NCBI GenBank assembly: GCA_002011035.2
Contig: MTLY02000002.1
Span: 128,001 to 192,000 of the forward strand
DNA: 64,000 bases
Source: Candidatus Hecatella orcuttiae
Lineage (GTDB): Archaea > Thermoproteota > Bathyarchaeia > Hecatellales > Hecatellaceae
Direction: 5' to 3'
The translations under genes and the position numbers were made by a program. Each line of letters opens with the position of its first letter. Position 1 is the first letter of the stretch. Positions 29,912-39,097 of the stretch are shown here, piece after piece. The notes under the pieces are model-generated. The model did not search any database. It had not been told where the DNA came from and saw nothing but the letters and a program-made list of their open reading frames with translations.

Positions 29912-32242
29912 TTACCGCCTCCTTAACACCAGCCTATCGAGAAGGGTGGTTCCCAGCTCCGGAACAGTCTTAGGCTTCCAGCCTTGACTCCTCAAAACTG
30001 GCAGCAGCTCATCCTTCTCCAACACCGGCAGGTCGGACTCAGTTCTCACGAATAGGTGAAGGTCCTCAGGCAGGGTTCCGTAGAGTTTTCGGTATAAATC
30101 TAGGTAGTTTCTCAGCTTGATGGAGCGGCCTTTGAGGGTGTCGTTGGGCCTCATAACCAGCCGGGCGGCCAGCACGAGGGCTTCCTCCTTCGTCTCAGCC
30201 ACATACCACAGGTGCTCAGGAGCAGGGCCGGTGTACTCTTTTTCCCCGCTTCTGACGTTGTAGGGCATCCATTTTTCATCCACGTCCGGCCGGCCTAGGT
30301 AGGCCCTCCGATGGGCTACACCCTTGGGTCCGAGGATCACGGGGATTCCCAGCCTCGTCGCTCCGGTGGCAATAGCCTCCGCCTTCTGGTTCTGAGTCCC
30401 CCAGACAATGGCCACAGCGCCGATGCGGTTTAGGATGTAGTCGGCTATCTCCTCAAAATTGGCCCTAAGCTTCCGACGTGCGAAGATGTTGGCGATTTTG
30501 ACAGCTGCCCCTAAGATGTGGGCGTTGGAAACGCAGGAGCCGGTGTTGACGATGCCTCCCGCGTCGAAGCTGCCGGGGTATTTCTCGTACAGAGTCCGGC
30601 CTTCCTCGTCCTTGTAGCGGGCGATATCCATGGCGGCGCACCCCGAGGTGACAACGATGTACCGTCTTCGGGCGAATTCCTCCGCCATCTGAGCAACCTC
30701 AATGTGGCCGCGGGGGTAGTTGGAGCACCCGGCAAAGGCAACCACCCCGGGGATTTCACCCATGACAATAGGCCTGCCCACGTTTCTGATTTCCGTGTCC
30801 AGAATCGGCCCCCTTCCAGCCCTGATCTTGTACTTGGATTTTCTGATTTTTTCCATACCAGCCTCTCCGATGAGGGTGAGAACAGGGATCTTCCTCGGGC
30901 ATACGCTGTCACAGCGTCCACATCCCACGCAGAGGTCGTACACTTCGGACAGCTTGGTGAGGTTGCCCTTGGCCGCCGCCAAGACGGCTTCATCCACGGG
31001 AAGGTCGGGAACACAGACCCTCCTGCAAAGGCCGCATCCGGTGCACCGGGAGGCCTCTGCCAAGGCTGCGAGAGGCTTAAGTTCCCTCCTCCTAAGGGGG
31101 GCGATTTTGACAGCGGTGCGGACGGCAACCTCAGCAGCCTTGGAAGGGTCCAGTATGAGGACCCCCATGTTTCTGCCTGAAGCCAAGTCCTCCACAACCG
31201 CGTCCACCGGGTCCTCTGTCCGGTTGGGCAGGCCGCCGCAGACTTGGTCGATGGTGGCGATGACCCGCGTACCAGCCTTGAAGGCTTCTTCTACAATGTC
31301 GACGCGAATACATTCTTGGTCGAGGACTAGAACGTCGGCCATCCCCGTCCTGGCGATGAGCTGCTGTCTTGAAAGGTTTCCGACGATTTTGACCCCCCTG
31401 TTAAACCGGGTTAGGTCGTGGGCTGAACAGCAAACACCGCCCACTTCCACCTTATCTGAGAGGCCGGACCTAGCTAGGTATTCCACCGTCTCCACACCTG
31501 GCGCGGCGTTGTGGCCGACGAAGATGATGACGGGCTTATTCCGGTCCAGCACTCCTAGGCCTATTTCTACGTAAGGTGTTTCAGCGTCGCCTTTCGGATA
31601 TCCTAAGCCGGATATTTGAGCTATGTCCGCAACTTCCAAAGCAAGGTTATCCAGCATGCCGGCGTGGAGGGCTTTAGATTCGAAGTCTAGGTAATTCTGC
31701 TCCTGCCCTGTGAGGACGGAGGAGAGAAGCTGGGTGATCTGGTCGCCTATGTAGTCCAGCACCCCCTCCAAGTCGCCCAGCGTCTTAGGCTTTACTCCGG
31801 TGATAAGCCTCGTCAAGGGAGCCTCAATATCTATCTCCGAACCCAAATCTATGGGGTGGCTTCTCCCCAGCTTCTTGACCAAGTAGTCCACCAGATGTTT
31901 GGCGTGGGTTGTGTGGGCTGATGCGCCTACCACGCACTCGAGGAGAATGTGTCTTCCCTGCTGGGTTCGGATGTCGATGCCGCAGGCTCCTTTCCGCCCT
32001 TTGGCGAGGTCGCATTTACCGTAGCCGCAGAGGCAGCATCGGTCGCAGAGAGGCGAATAGAAGGGCTGATATTTTTTCAGCAGCTTCCAATCCCACTCCC
32101 GGAGGGAGGTTAGGGTGGGGAAGGGCGTCGGCCCTGGGGGTTCCTCCCAGTCCTCAGTAATCTGCCCGACTAGGATTTCCAATCCCTTTATTTTGGCGAG
32201 GGCTGAGTTCAGCTCTTTAACCACTATCTTGGAGTTTTTCAC
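29912..32242 (-). CDS. cdhA: Archaeal Ni-CO dehydrogenase alpha subunit
   Basis: CCLCGYGKCDL..GACG, GHN, CCS, two 4Fe-4S ferredoxin motifs, GCSN, SGCA, GSCVSN, QKA, RPND. Confidence 0.95.
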   Translation of the reverse strand: MKNSKIVVKELNSALAKIKGLEILVGQITEDWEEPPGPTPFPTLTSLREWDWKLLKKYQPFYSPLCDRCCLCGYGKCDLAKGRKGACGIDIRTQQGRHILLECVVGASAHTTHAKHLVDYLVKKLGRSHPIDLGSEIDIEAPLTRLITGVKPKTLGDLEGVLDYIGDQITQLLSSVLTGQEQNYLDFESKALHAGMLDNLALEVADIAQISGLGYPKGDAETPYVEIGLGVLDRNKPVIIFVGHNAAPGVETVEYLARSGLSDKVEVGGVCCSAHDLTRFNRGVKIVGNLSRQQLIARTGMADVLVLDQECIRVDIVEEAFKAGTRVIATIDQVCGGLPNRTEDPVDAVVEDLASGRNMGVLILDPSKAAEVAVRTAVKIAPLRRRELKPLAALAEASRCTGCGLCRRVCVPDLPVDEAVLAAAKGNLTKLSEVYDLCVGCGRCDSVCPRKIPVLTLIGEAGMEKIRKSKYKIRAGRGPILDTEIRNVGRPIVMGEIPGVVAFAGCSNYPRGHIEVAQMAEEFARRRYIVVTSGCAAMDIARYKDEEGRTLYEKYPGSFDAGGIVNTGSCVSNAHILGAAVKIANIFARRKLRANFEEIADYILNRIGAVAIVWGTQNQKAEAIATGATRLGIPVILGPKGVAHRRAYLGRPDVDEKWMPYNVRSGEKEYTGPAPEHLWYVAETKEEALVLAARLVMRPNDTLKGRSIKLRNYLDLYRKLYGTLPEDLHLFVRTESDLPVLEKDELLPVLRSQGWKPKTVPELGTTLLDRLVLRRR

Positions 32243-32311
32243 CGACCATCACCTACAATTTTTAGGGGGGTATCGAATTCCGCGGGGATTTTCTCATGAG
32301 CATTCTCTCCC

Positions 32312-32527
32312 TTACTTTGCGGCTTCCTTCAATTCTTCCACGAATTTTTGCACGTCCAACCCAAACCTTACGCAGGCTTGTTCTATGGTAGTGGAGCCGG
32401 CCATGGTTTTCCTCATCACCGGGTCCTTCAGGGGCGTGAAGCCCTTTTTCACGAAGACATCCAGAAGCTTCGGATATTTCTCCAAAACCTCTAACACCGT
32501 CATGTCTTTGCTTATTTCTATTTCCAT
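32312..32527 (-). CDS. DUF1858-domain protein
   Basis: ISKDMTVLEVLEKYP...F...TIEQAC..G.D..KFVEEL. Confidence 0.8.
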   Translation of the reverse strand: MEIEISKDMTVLEVLEKYPKLLDVFVKKGFTPLKDPVMRKTMAGSTTIEQACVRFGLDVQKFVEELKEAAK

Positions 32528-32545
32528 GCTAAACTTTCACCTCCA

Positions 32546-32869
32546 TCAACCCCTAGACGGCTTCCTAGGGGAACATTTTTTGGGGCAGTAGGTTTGAACA
32601 TGGCAGTCGACAAGCTTGAAGAGAGGCTCTAAGGTCTCCCTGTTCAGGAAGTAGACCCGTTCCTTCCACCTTCGTTCCGGAAGGACGAAGCGACATCGAA
32701 CAAGGGCTTGGAGGTTATGGGAGATCATGCTCTGACTCTGCCCCAAAGCCTTCGAGATCTGGGTGACGTTTCTGGGGCCCTCCCTCAAAAGCTCCACCAC
32801 CGCCAGCCTAGTGGGGTTGGAGAGGGCTGCGAAGAAGAAAGGACATGCCTCGCTGAGGCCGTACTTCAT
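32546..32869 (-). CDS. ArsR/SmtB-family regulator
   Basis: FFAALSNPTRL, QSMISHNL; C-terminal Cys/His residues. Confidence 0.88.
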   Translation of the reverse strand: MKYGLSEACPFFFAALSNPTRLAVVELLREGPRNVTQISKALGQSQSMISHNLQALVRCRFVLPERRWKERVYFLNRETLEPLFKLVDCHVQTYCPKKCSPRKPSRG

Positions 32870-32978
32870 TCAGCTTCCCCGACGGAGAATATTGGTATGA
32901 AAAATGTTTCATATCATATTATTTAAACATATCACAACTATCTAAAACTCAGCCTCGTCCAAGACAGCCCCTCACGGG

Positions 32979-33674
32979 TCAACTCTTTTCCTTCACATGC
33001 CTTTCCTCGGACTCCATAAACTTTTCCAGCAGAGAAGCCACGCTGGAATAATAGCCCAAAGAAGATTCTTTGCGAAGTTTACTGCAAAACTTCGGAATCC
33101 ACCAAGCCAAGTGGTCTTTGAAAAACTTCAACCCAGCCTCCCGGCATACAGCCGCCTGGTCCTTCCACCTCTTATCCAGTGCGTAGACTTCTTTGAGCAG
33201 AAGCAACCCCATGAATTCTAGCTCCGTGCAGATGAAGTCAGGCCGCTCTTTCACGGAAAGCTCAACTTTAAAGGCTCGGTAAAACCCTGAAACATCCGCC
33301 AGTTCTTTAGCTTTTATGAAGGAATGCTGACAGTAATCCGTCTCGTAGAAAGAACATTTGAGGGGAACCAAGCAGAGCCTGTTGTAGGCTGCTTCCATCT
33401 CTGCGACGGAAGACTCATCCATCTGCTCCATGAAAACCTCTAGGGCCCGGCTGAGCTCCTCCGACCCAAGCAACCCAGCGGCCTCCGAAGCCCTCCTGCG
33501 GACCTCTTCACCGCAGAGCTCTCGAATTTCACGGCGGGGGTAGGCTAAGGCCTGCGAAATCAACCTGTACAGATAGCTCCGAGCGTAGAGAACCTCTCTC
33601 TCCTCTTGCTCGGGCAGGGCGGAGGGTTGACGGCTCTCAGGGTTCGTTGAATCGGTGGATTTTGTATTTTTCAT
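32979..33674 (-). CDS. TorD/DmsD-family molybdoenzyme maturation chaperone
   Basis: LADVSGFYRAF, ERPDFICTELEFM, FFKDHL.WW. Confidence 0.9.
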   Translation of the reverse strand: MKNTKSTDSTNPESRQPSALPEQEEREVLYARSYLYRLISQALAYPRREIRELCGEEVRRRASEAAGLLGSEELSRALEVFMEQMDESSVAEMEAAYNRLCLVPLKCSFYETDYCQHSFIKAKELADVSGFYRAFKVELSVKERPDFICTELEFMGLLLLKEVYALDKRWKDQAAVCREAGLKFFKDHLAWWIPKFCSKLRKESSLGYYSSVASLLEKFMESEERHVKEKS

Positions 33675-34752
33675 CGTAAAACGGCCTTATGTAGGTTGGT
33701 TCTTCCAAGGAAACCCTTATGACCTCGTTTCCCCCGGAATCATAGGCTACAACTTCCTTGGAGGTAGGTTTAAACTTGGAAATTATTCTCTGCGTCGTCC
33801 CGAAAAGACGAAGCACGGCGAAGAGGGTTGAGTCTAGGTTGGTCCGTTTCCTTATAGCCGCCTCAACCCCCGGGCCGAACATTTGGGTTAGGAAGTCCCT
33901 AGGAACCCAGCGGGGCGGTATATAGTAGACGTTAGGCTCCAGTCCGAACTGCGGATAGAGGGGAAGCGCCACCTTCTCCACATGCACCAGGTAGTCGATG
34001 GGGTTGCTGGGGTCAACCTTTTCCGGGGGGTTCAGAAAGCCTTGAAGCCTGATCTTCCCTACGCAAGTGGCAACGCAGCGGGGGATGGTTCCCTCCTCCA
34101 CCCTCGGATAGCAGGCTATGCATTTTTCACTCCGCCCCGTGTACTCCCTGTATAGAGATTTTTTGTAGGGACAGGCTTCAACGCATTTTTTGAAGCCCCC
34201 GCATCGGTTTTGATCTATGAGGACGATGCCGTCTTCCTCCCGCTTGTAGATGGCCTTCCGAGGACAGGAAGCCAAACAGGCGGGGTAGGTGCAGTGGTTG
34301 CAGATTCTTTGGAGGTAGAACATCCAGTTTTGATGGACGGGAAGCTCAACGGTGGAAGACCAGCCGGTGGGAGTGTCCTCGTAAATGTTAGGAAACCTCC
34401 ACTCAGGCTCCGAGGGCATGAAGCCTAAGGCAATAGCACCCTCCGGCCTCGCTTCAAAGATGGTCTTACCGGTGTACACGCCGTTCTCCCAGCTCTGGGT
34501 TCCCAGCATCTCCAAGATCCGGTGGTCCCAGAACTGGGGGTAGCCGCCGTAGGGTTTTGTTTCCACGTTGTTCCACCACATGTACTCCTGCCCTTTGTCG
34601 AAGGTCCATGTGGACTTGCAGGACATGGTGCACGTCTGGCAGCCGATGCAGCGGTTGATGTCGAAGACTGCGGCGAACTGCTTTTTAGGCCTTTTACCTT
34701 CGTAGAGGTATTCCATCTCCCTTCCAATCTGCCAGTTGTAGACTTTAGCCAC
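33637..34752 (-). CDS. NXR/periplasmic NAR-type beta (Fe-S) subunit, NxrB/NarH-like
   Basis: VYNWQIGR start, CIGCQTC..SC, GQEYMWWNNVETKPYGGYP, CNHCTYPACLASCP, CVEACPY, CIACYPR. Confidence 0.92.
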   Translation of the reverse strand: MAKVYNWQIGREMEYLYEGKRPKKQFAAVFDINRCIGCQTCTMSCKSTWTFDKGQEYMWWNNVETKPYGGYPQFWDHRILEMLGTQSWENGVYTGKTIFEARPEGAIALGFMPSEPEWRFPNIYEDTPTGWSSTVELPVHQNWMFYLQRICNHCTYPACLASCPRKAIYKREEDGIVLIDQNRCGGFKKCVEACPYKKSLYREYTGRSEKCIACYPRVEEGTIPRCVATCVGKIRLQGFLNPPEKVDPSNPIDYLVHVEKVALPLYPQFGLEPNVYYIPPRWVPRDFLTQMFGPGVEAAIRKRTNLDSTLFAVLRLFGTTQRIISKFKPTSKEVVAYDSGGNEVIRVSLEEPTYIRPFYDEKYKIHRFNEP

Positions 34753-37700
34753 GGATGAATCCTCCTCGCAGATACTTCTTCATCGCCTCGCTTTCATTAC
34801 CGGGAGTGAAGCCTGTTTGAGCAGGCTCCCATGTGTCCGCTCCGTCTAGGCTGCCGTTCTCGGCGAAGGAAATCTTCACCAAGGACTCTTTCGGAGCGCC
34901 GGTGACGGAGCAGACGTCGACCAGATAGCCTTTGCCTATTTTATGGGTGAAGTAGTCCTTCCGCACTAGGCTGTCGGTCATCTGGGTGGGGTTCAGCCAT
35001 GCGCGGACAACACTCTGCTGGGAGCCGTATCGGAGGCTGGGAGGATAACCTGTGTCCGTGACAGCCAACCCGTCGGCTTTCGTCTCATGAGCCTCCACAG
35101 ACCTGTGGGTGGCTCCGTAGATTCCGTGGTAGATGATGGTGAAACCCCGAGGGAGGGAGGGATTGTATCGGGCTCTGATTTTCAGCCGGGAAACCTTGTA
35201 GAAGGGGTCCCCTTTGTTCCAGCCTCGGTAGGGACGGTCTCGGGGGTTGCCGTCCACGTAGACGTAGTCGCCGTCTTTGATGCCCCGCTCCTTAGCGTCC
35301 TCAGGGTTGATGTCTAGTTCTTCCTCCCCCACCCAAGGGGTGCGCTTGTCCATGCGGTAGGGGTCGCCGAAGTTGCTGGCCCAGATGACGTTCCAGTCCA
35401 CGGTGCTCCAAGAAGAGTGAACCCTATGCCTAGGCTTGGGGGTTATGCAGATGAGGTCTAAGCCGTCTTTGTCCAGCAGCGGATTCCTCGTCTTAAGCAT
35501 CTCCTCCGTGGTCAGCTTAACATGCCTGACGGTCATTTCCTCCACATTCAGCGACTCCCAGTCGACTCCGTGGTCTTTCGGCTCGATGGCCCTGAAGCCC
35601 TTCGGGGCGACGATGGCGCTGGGCAGGTAGGGGGTTGACTCCATGGGCTCCCGGTGGACTATGAGGTTTTCCCCTTGGTCTAAGAACTCGTCTTCCTCCC
35701 GGTAGAACTCCAAGCGGCCTGTCCTGGTGTAGAAGGGTTTACTTTCTTGAACTTGCTCCCATCCGGGAATCCGAGGGTAGGTTCTAAAGAGGGCGAGGAA
35801 TCCCTTTTCCGCAGAGAGCATTTCGTAGATGTTGTAACCTCGGGTGGTGGTGCCGCAGTCCAGAATTCTTTGGAGGTATACCTCTACTTTCCCTTCTTTC
35901 ACAAATTTCCAGTGGAGAACAAACCGCTCATCGCCGGTTATTTTGGCGAGGGCGGAGGCCACGCCTGCGTAGACTTCTATATCATGCTTGGTGTCATGAA
36001 CAGAGTTCATCCCTTTGGGGAACAGTTGGATGAAGGGGTTGGTGCAGGAAGCTGTCATGTCCGGGTAGGATAATTCCGTCCAAGCCTCAACAGGGAACAC
36101 CACATCCGCATACTCGCAGTTCATGTTCCATTCGAAATCCTGCGCTATGTAGAGCTCCTGCTTTGGCAGAACGTTTTTGATGGTGTCGTAGTGCCATTTG
36201 CACACACCCAGCAGGTTAGCGTTGACAGCCCAAACCAGCTTGGTGGGGCTGGGCATGTGCGTCTTGCCTGTCAGGACAACCCTGCCAAACTTCGGGCTGT
36301 TTACTATCAGAGGACTGTCTCCGTAGTTCCAGTAGTGGATGGATTCGAATTTTATGTAGGCCTTCTTCTTAACGTCGCGGCCGTCGACGTCGGGGGATAA
36401 TGTCTGATTGAAGGGGTCCTCCACCACGTAGCAGGGGAGATTCAGGATGGGGGCCTTGTAGTTTCCCGCGTAGCTTCCCACGTTTCCCCCAGGTTTACCG
36501 ATGTTCCCCGTTAAGCTGGCGACGAGGAAGTAGGCGCGGTTGATGAGATCGTTGTGGAAATACATGTTCATACCCATGCCGCAGAGGAAACCCACCGACC
36601 CCGCTGAGGCTATGTCCCGAGCCAACCGGATGAGCATATCCTTGGGGACGTTGGTGATCTTTTCCACGTTCTCCGGTGTGTACTCCTCCGTCAGCTCCTT
36701 GTAAAGGCGGAAAATGGTCTTCACGCCGACGGTTTCTCCGCCCTTCACCGTCACCGTGCCTTTCCAGTCTAATTCTAGGTCGTCGACGCTCAGCCCTAAG
36801 GCCTGAAGCTGCTGGGCGAGATGCTCCCCCACAGCCGTGCGGCTGACCCCCACAAGCCGGCCGTCTTTGCTTCTCATCACCGCGTAGGTTTTCAGCTCCT
36901 CAGGCATTTCTTGGACAGGCTTGCCGTCGGCGTAGACGAAGGTTTCTCCGGGGTCCAAGGAGAGAGGCTTAGGGTGAGGCTCATCCTGCCGGAGTAGTTT
37001 CTTGGTGTCCTCCCTGACCAGAAGAGGCATATCGGTGAATTTTTTCACGAAGTCCTCCTTGTAGAGGGCTTCCCGGATTATCACGTGAGCTAGGCCGAGC
37101 ATGAGGGCTGTGTCGGTGCCGGGGCGGATGCCAATCCAGTAGTCGGCTTTTGTGGCGGTGGGGCTGTATTCGGGAGCTATGACCACTATCTTTTTCTTCT
37201 TATCGATGCGGGACTGCCACCAAGAGGCATCGGCCATCTTGTTTTGGATCAGGTTCAACCCTGAGATGACGAGCATGTCAGAGTTCCAGAAGTCGTTGAA
37301 CTCCTGGTCGAAGGTCTGAACCCCGTGAACCATGGGGTGCCCCGGAGGCAGGTCGGTGTGCCAGGCGTAGTTGTCCCAAGTCCTAGCTCCCACCGATCCC
37401 TCAGGGCCTTTACCCCTGAGGTAGTTGTCCAGCAGAGCCAGCATGTTGGCAAACCGGTACATGCCAGCCAGCCTAGTGGCTCCTAAGAAGGCCATTCCAC
37501 CTCGGAGCTTAAACGTCCTAACTCCCGCCATCTCGCCTGAAGGGTCTAGGGAAGCTTCAATCATCTCCTCCGGGTAACCCTGCCTCCTGAGGAGCTCTGC
37601 TCCCGAGGGGCCGCTGTAGGTTTGGGCGATGTTCACCATGGCTTTAGCCACCAATTCAAAGGCTTCATCCCAAGAGACCCTCACCCAGTCGTCGACGCCT

Positions 37701-38209
37701 CTTCGGAAATATTCCTTCGGAGGCCTGCCATTCTCATCCCGGGGGAAGCCTGCGTTAACCCAGTTCAGCCAGCCCTTTCTGACTAGGGGGTATTTCACTC
37801 TAAAAGGGCTGTAAACTCGCTTCATGAAGGTCAGCCCCTTTAGGCAGCCTCTCGGATGCCATGTAGGCGTAGCCTTGTTGCCGTAGATGTCCTGATACTC
37901 GGCGACATCGTAGGCTTGCTCGATCCTGACTATCACCCCGTTTCGGACGAAGGCTCTCAGCCGGCAGTTGTGAGTGTCGTTGGGCGCGCAGACGAAGGTG
38001 AAGGATGAGTCATACCGGTATTGGTCCCTGTAGAGTTTTTCCCAGTCTCTCTCCGGGTAGGCGGCTAGAGGGTTGTCTACCTTTACTGGTTTTAGGAAGC
38101 GGAACATCAAATCCGCGGTGGTGAGTTGGGAGGCGACGTAGAAGCTGCCTACAGCCGCAGCGGTCACAGCCGCCATTTTCATGAAATCTCTTCTACTGGA
38201 ATTTTTCAT
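34745..38209 (-). CDS. Tat-exported type II DMSO-reductase-family molybdoenzyme, NxrA/NarG-like alpha subunit
   Basis: SRRDFMK Tat signal, VDNPL..YP.R.WE..YRDQY.YD, FS0 motif CAPNDTHNC...PRGCLKG, WHTDLPPGHP Mo-ligand Asp region. Confidence 0.93.
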   Translation of the reverse strand: MKNSSRRDFMKMAAVTAAAVGSFYVASQLTTADLMFRFLKPVKVDNPLAAYPERDWEKLYRDQYRYDSSFTFVCAPNDTHNCRLRAFVRNGVIVRIEQAYDVAEYQDIYGNKATPTWHPRGCLKGLTFMKRVYSPFRVKYPLVRKGWLNWVNAGFPRDENGRPPKEYFRRGVDDWVRVSWDEAFELVAKAMVNIAQTYSGPSGAELLRRQGYPEEMIEASLDPSGEMAGVRTFKLRGGMAFLGATRLAGMYRFANMLALLDNYLRGKGPEGSVGARTWDNYAWHTDLPPGHPMVHGVQTFDQEFNDFWNSDMLVISGLNLIQNKMADASWWQSRIDKKKKIVVIAPEYSPTATKADYWIGIRPGTDTALMLGLAHVIIREALYKEDFVKKFTDMPLLVREDTKKLLRQDEPHPKPLSLDPGETFVYADGKPVQEMPEELKTYAVMRSKDGRLVGVSRTAVGEHLAQQLQALGLSVDDLELDWKGTVTVKGGETVGVKTIFRLYKELTEEYTPENVEKITNVPKDMLIRLARDIASAGSVGFLCGMGMNMYFHNDLINRAYFLVASLTGNIGKPGGNVGSYAGNYKAPILNLPCYVVEDPFNQTLSPDVDGRDVKKKAYIKFESIHYWNYGDSPLIVNSPKFGRVVLTGKTHMPSPTKLVWAVNANLLGVCKWHYDTIKNVLPKQELYIAQDFEWNMNCEYADVVFPVEAWTELSYPDMTASCTNPFIQLFPKGMNSVHDTKHDIEVYAGVASALAKITGDERFVLHWKFVKEGKVEVYLQRILDCGTTTRGYNIYEMLSAEKGFLALFRTYPRIPGWEQVQESKPFYTRTGRLEFYREEDEFLDQGENLIVHREPMESTPYLPSAIVAPKGFRAIEPKDHGVDWESLNVEEMTVRHVKLTTEEMLKTRNPLLDKDGLDLICITPKPRHRVHSSWSTVDWNVIWASNFGDPYRMDKRTPWVGEEELDINPEDAKERGIKDGDYVYVDGNPRDRPYRGWNKGDPFYKVSRLKIRARYNPSLPRGFTIIYHGIYGATHRSVEAHETKADGLAVTDTGYPPSLRYGSQQSVVRAWLNPTQMTDSLVRKDYFTHKIGKGYLVDVCSVTGAPKESLVKISFAENGSLDGADTWEPAQTGFTPGNESEAMKKYLRGGFIRG

Positions 38210-38688
38210 GACATTTCACTCTCCATTCTGATGTATTCTGTTTCCTTCGCAGGGAAACCTTGGGTGGTTTTGTCGCTCATATGCTCCTTACTGCAAGCAA
38301 ACCAGCAGCCTTCTTCAGGAGGCTTGTCCACGTAAAACAGGGCATCTTTTCTGCACCCGGGGTGGAAGCATTTCACCCTAGATCGAGCCGCCCTTTTCCT
38401 CCGAGCGATTTCCACCATCTCGTCGGCTATTCGCCTTTTCTCCCCGAACAGGAACATGGTGAAAATCGAATGCTCATCTGGGAGACTGACAACTCGAAGG
38501 GAAAGAGGCTCCTTAAACTTCAGAGGCTCTTCCGCAGGTTTTAGGATGAAACTGTATCCTCCGGAACGGTAAAGAGGCTCCGTTTCCCCCCGGGGGATGA
38601 GGAAGTCGGGAAACGCGTAGAGGAGGTACTTTTTCTCCTTCAGCATTATTTCTCTCCTGTAGAGCTTGCCCTCCACCACTCCCTTCAC
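38206..38688 (-). CDS. Hypothetical protein with C-terminal Cys/His metal-binding motif
   Basis: CFHPGC...CWFACSKEH; overlaps the alpha-subunit start (translational coupling). Confidence 0.6.
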   Translation of the reverse strand: MKGVVEGKLYRREIMLKEKKYLLYAFPDFLIPRGETEPLYRSGGYSFILKPAEEPLKFKEPLSLRVVSLPDEHSIFTMFLFGEKRRIADEMVEIARRKRAARSRVKCFHPGCRKDALFYVDKPPEEGCWFACSKEHMSDKTTQGFPAKETEYIRMESEMS

Positions 38689-39090
38689 CTACTCCACGAC
38701 AGTTATTTTCCCCACCATGGACTGATGGCCTTCGCTGCAGAAGACACTGCAACGGAAGGTGAAAGTGCCTGTTTCCTCTGGGACAAATTCTATGACTGCC
38801 TTATGCCCGGGGGCAATGGGCCCGCTGTCTAACCCTAAATCTGGAACATGAAATCCGTGGGTTACGTCGGCGCTTGTGATGATCAGCTTCGCCGGCACAC
38901 CTTTCCGGAGGGTTATCTCACTCGGAGACCAGCCGCCGTTTTCCGCCGCCCAGCCTGTAATCCAGACGACTTGAACCTCTTCATCCAATTTTTGGGCATC
39001 AAGCCAGAGGTCATAGCCGTAGATCGACGCAGAGGGCACCAGCAAAACGGCTACGAGAAGTGCTAAGGCTGCCCATTCTGTCTGGTTCAC
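38689..39090 (-). CDS. Membrane-anchored CuA cupredoxin (COX subunit II-like domain)
   Basis: N-terminal TM helix; DVTHGF...CSVFCSEGHQSM CuA ligand set. Confidence 0.88.
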   Translation of the reverse strand: MNQTEWAALALLVAVLLVPSASIYGYDLWLDAQKLDEEVQVVWITGWAAENGGWSPSEITLRKGVPAKLIITSADVTHGFHVPDLGLDSGPIAPGHKAVIEFVPEETGTFTFRCSVFCSEGHQSMVGKITVVE

Positions 39091-39097
39091 CGTTTTT

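Noticed and set aside
30511-31574. Long alternative-frame and antisense ORFs within cdhA (similar ones occur in gap, dnaG and hflX)
   Set aside because: Shadow ORFs from codon bias, with no recognisable motifs.
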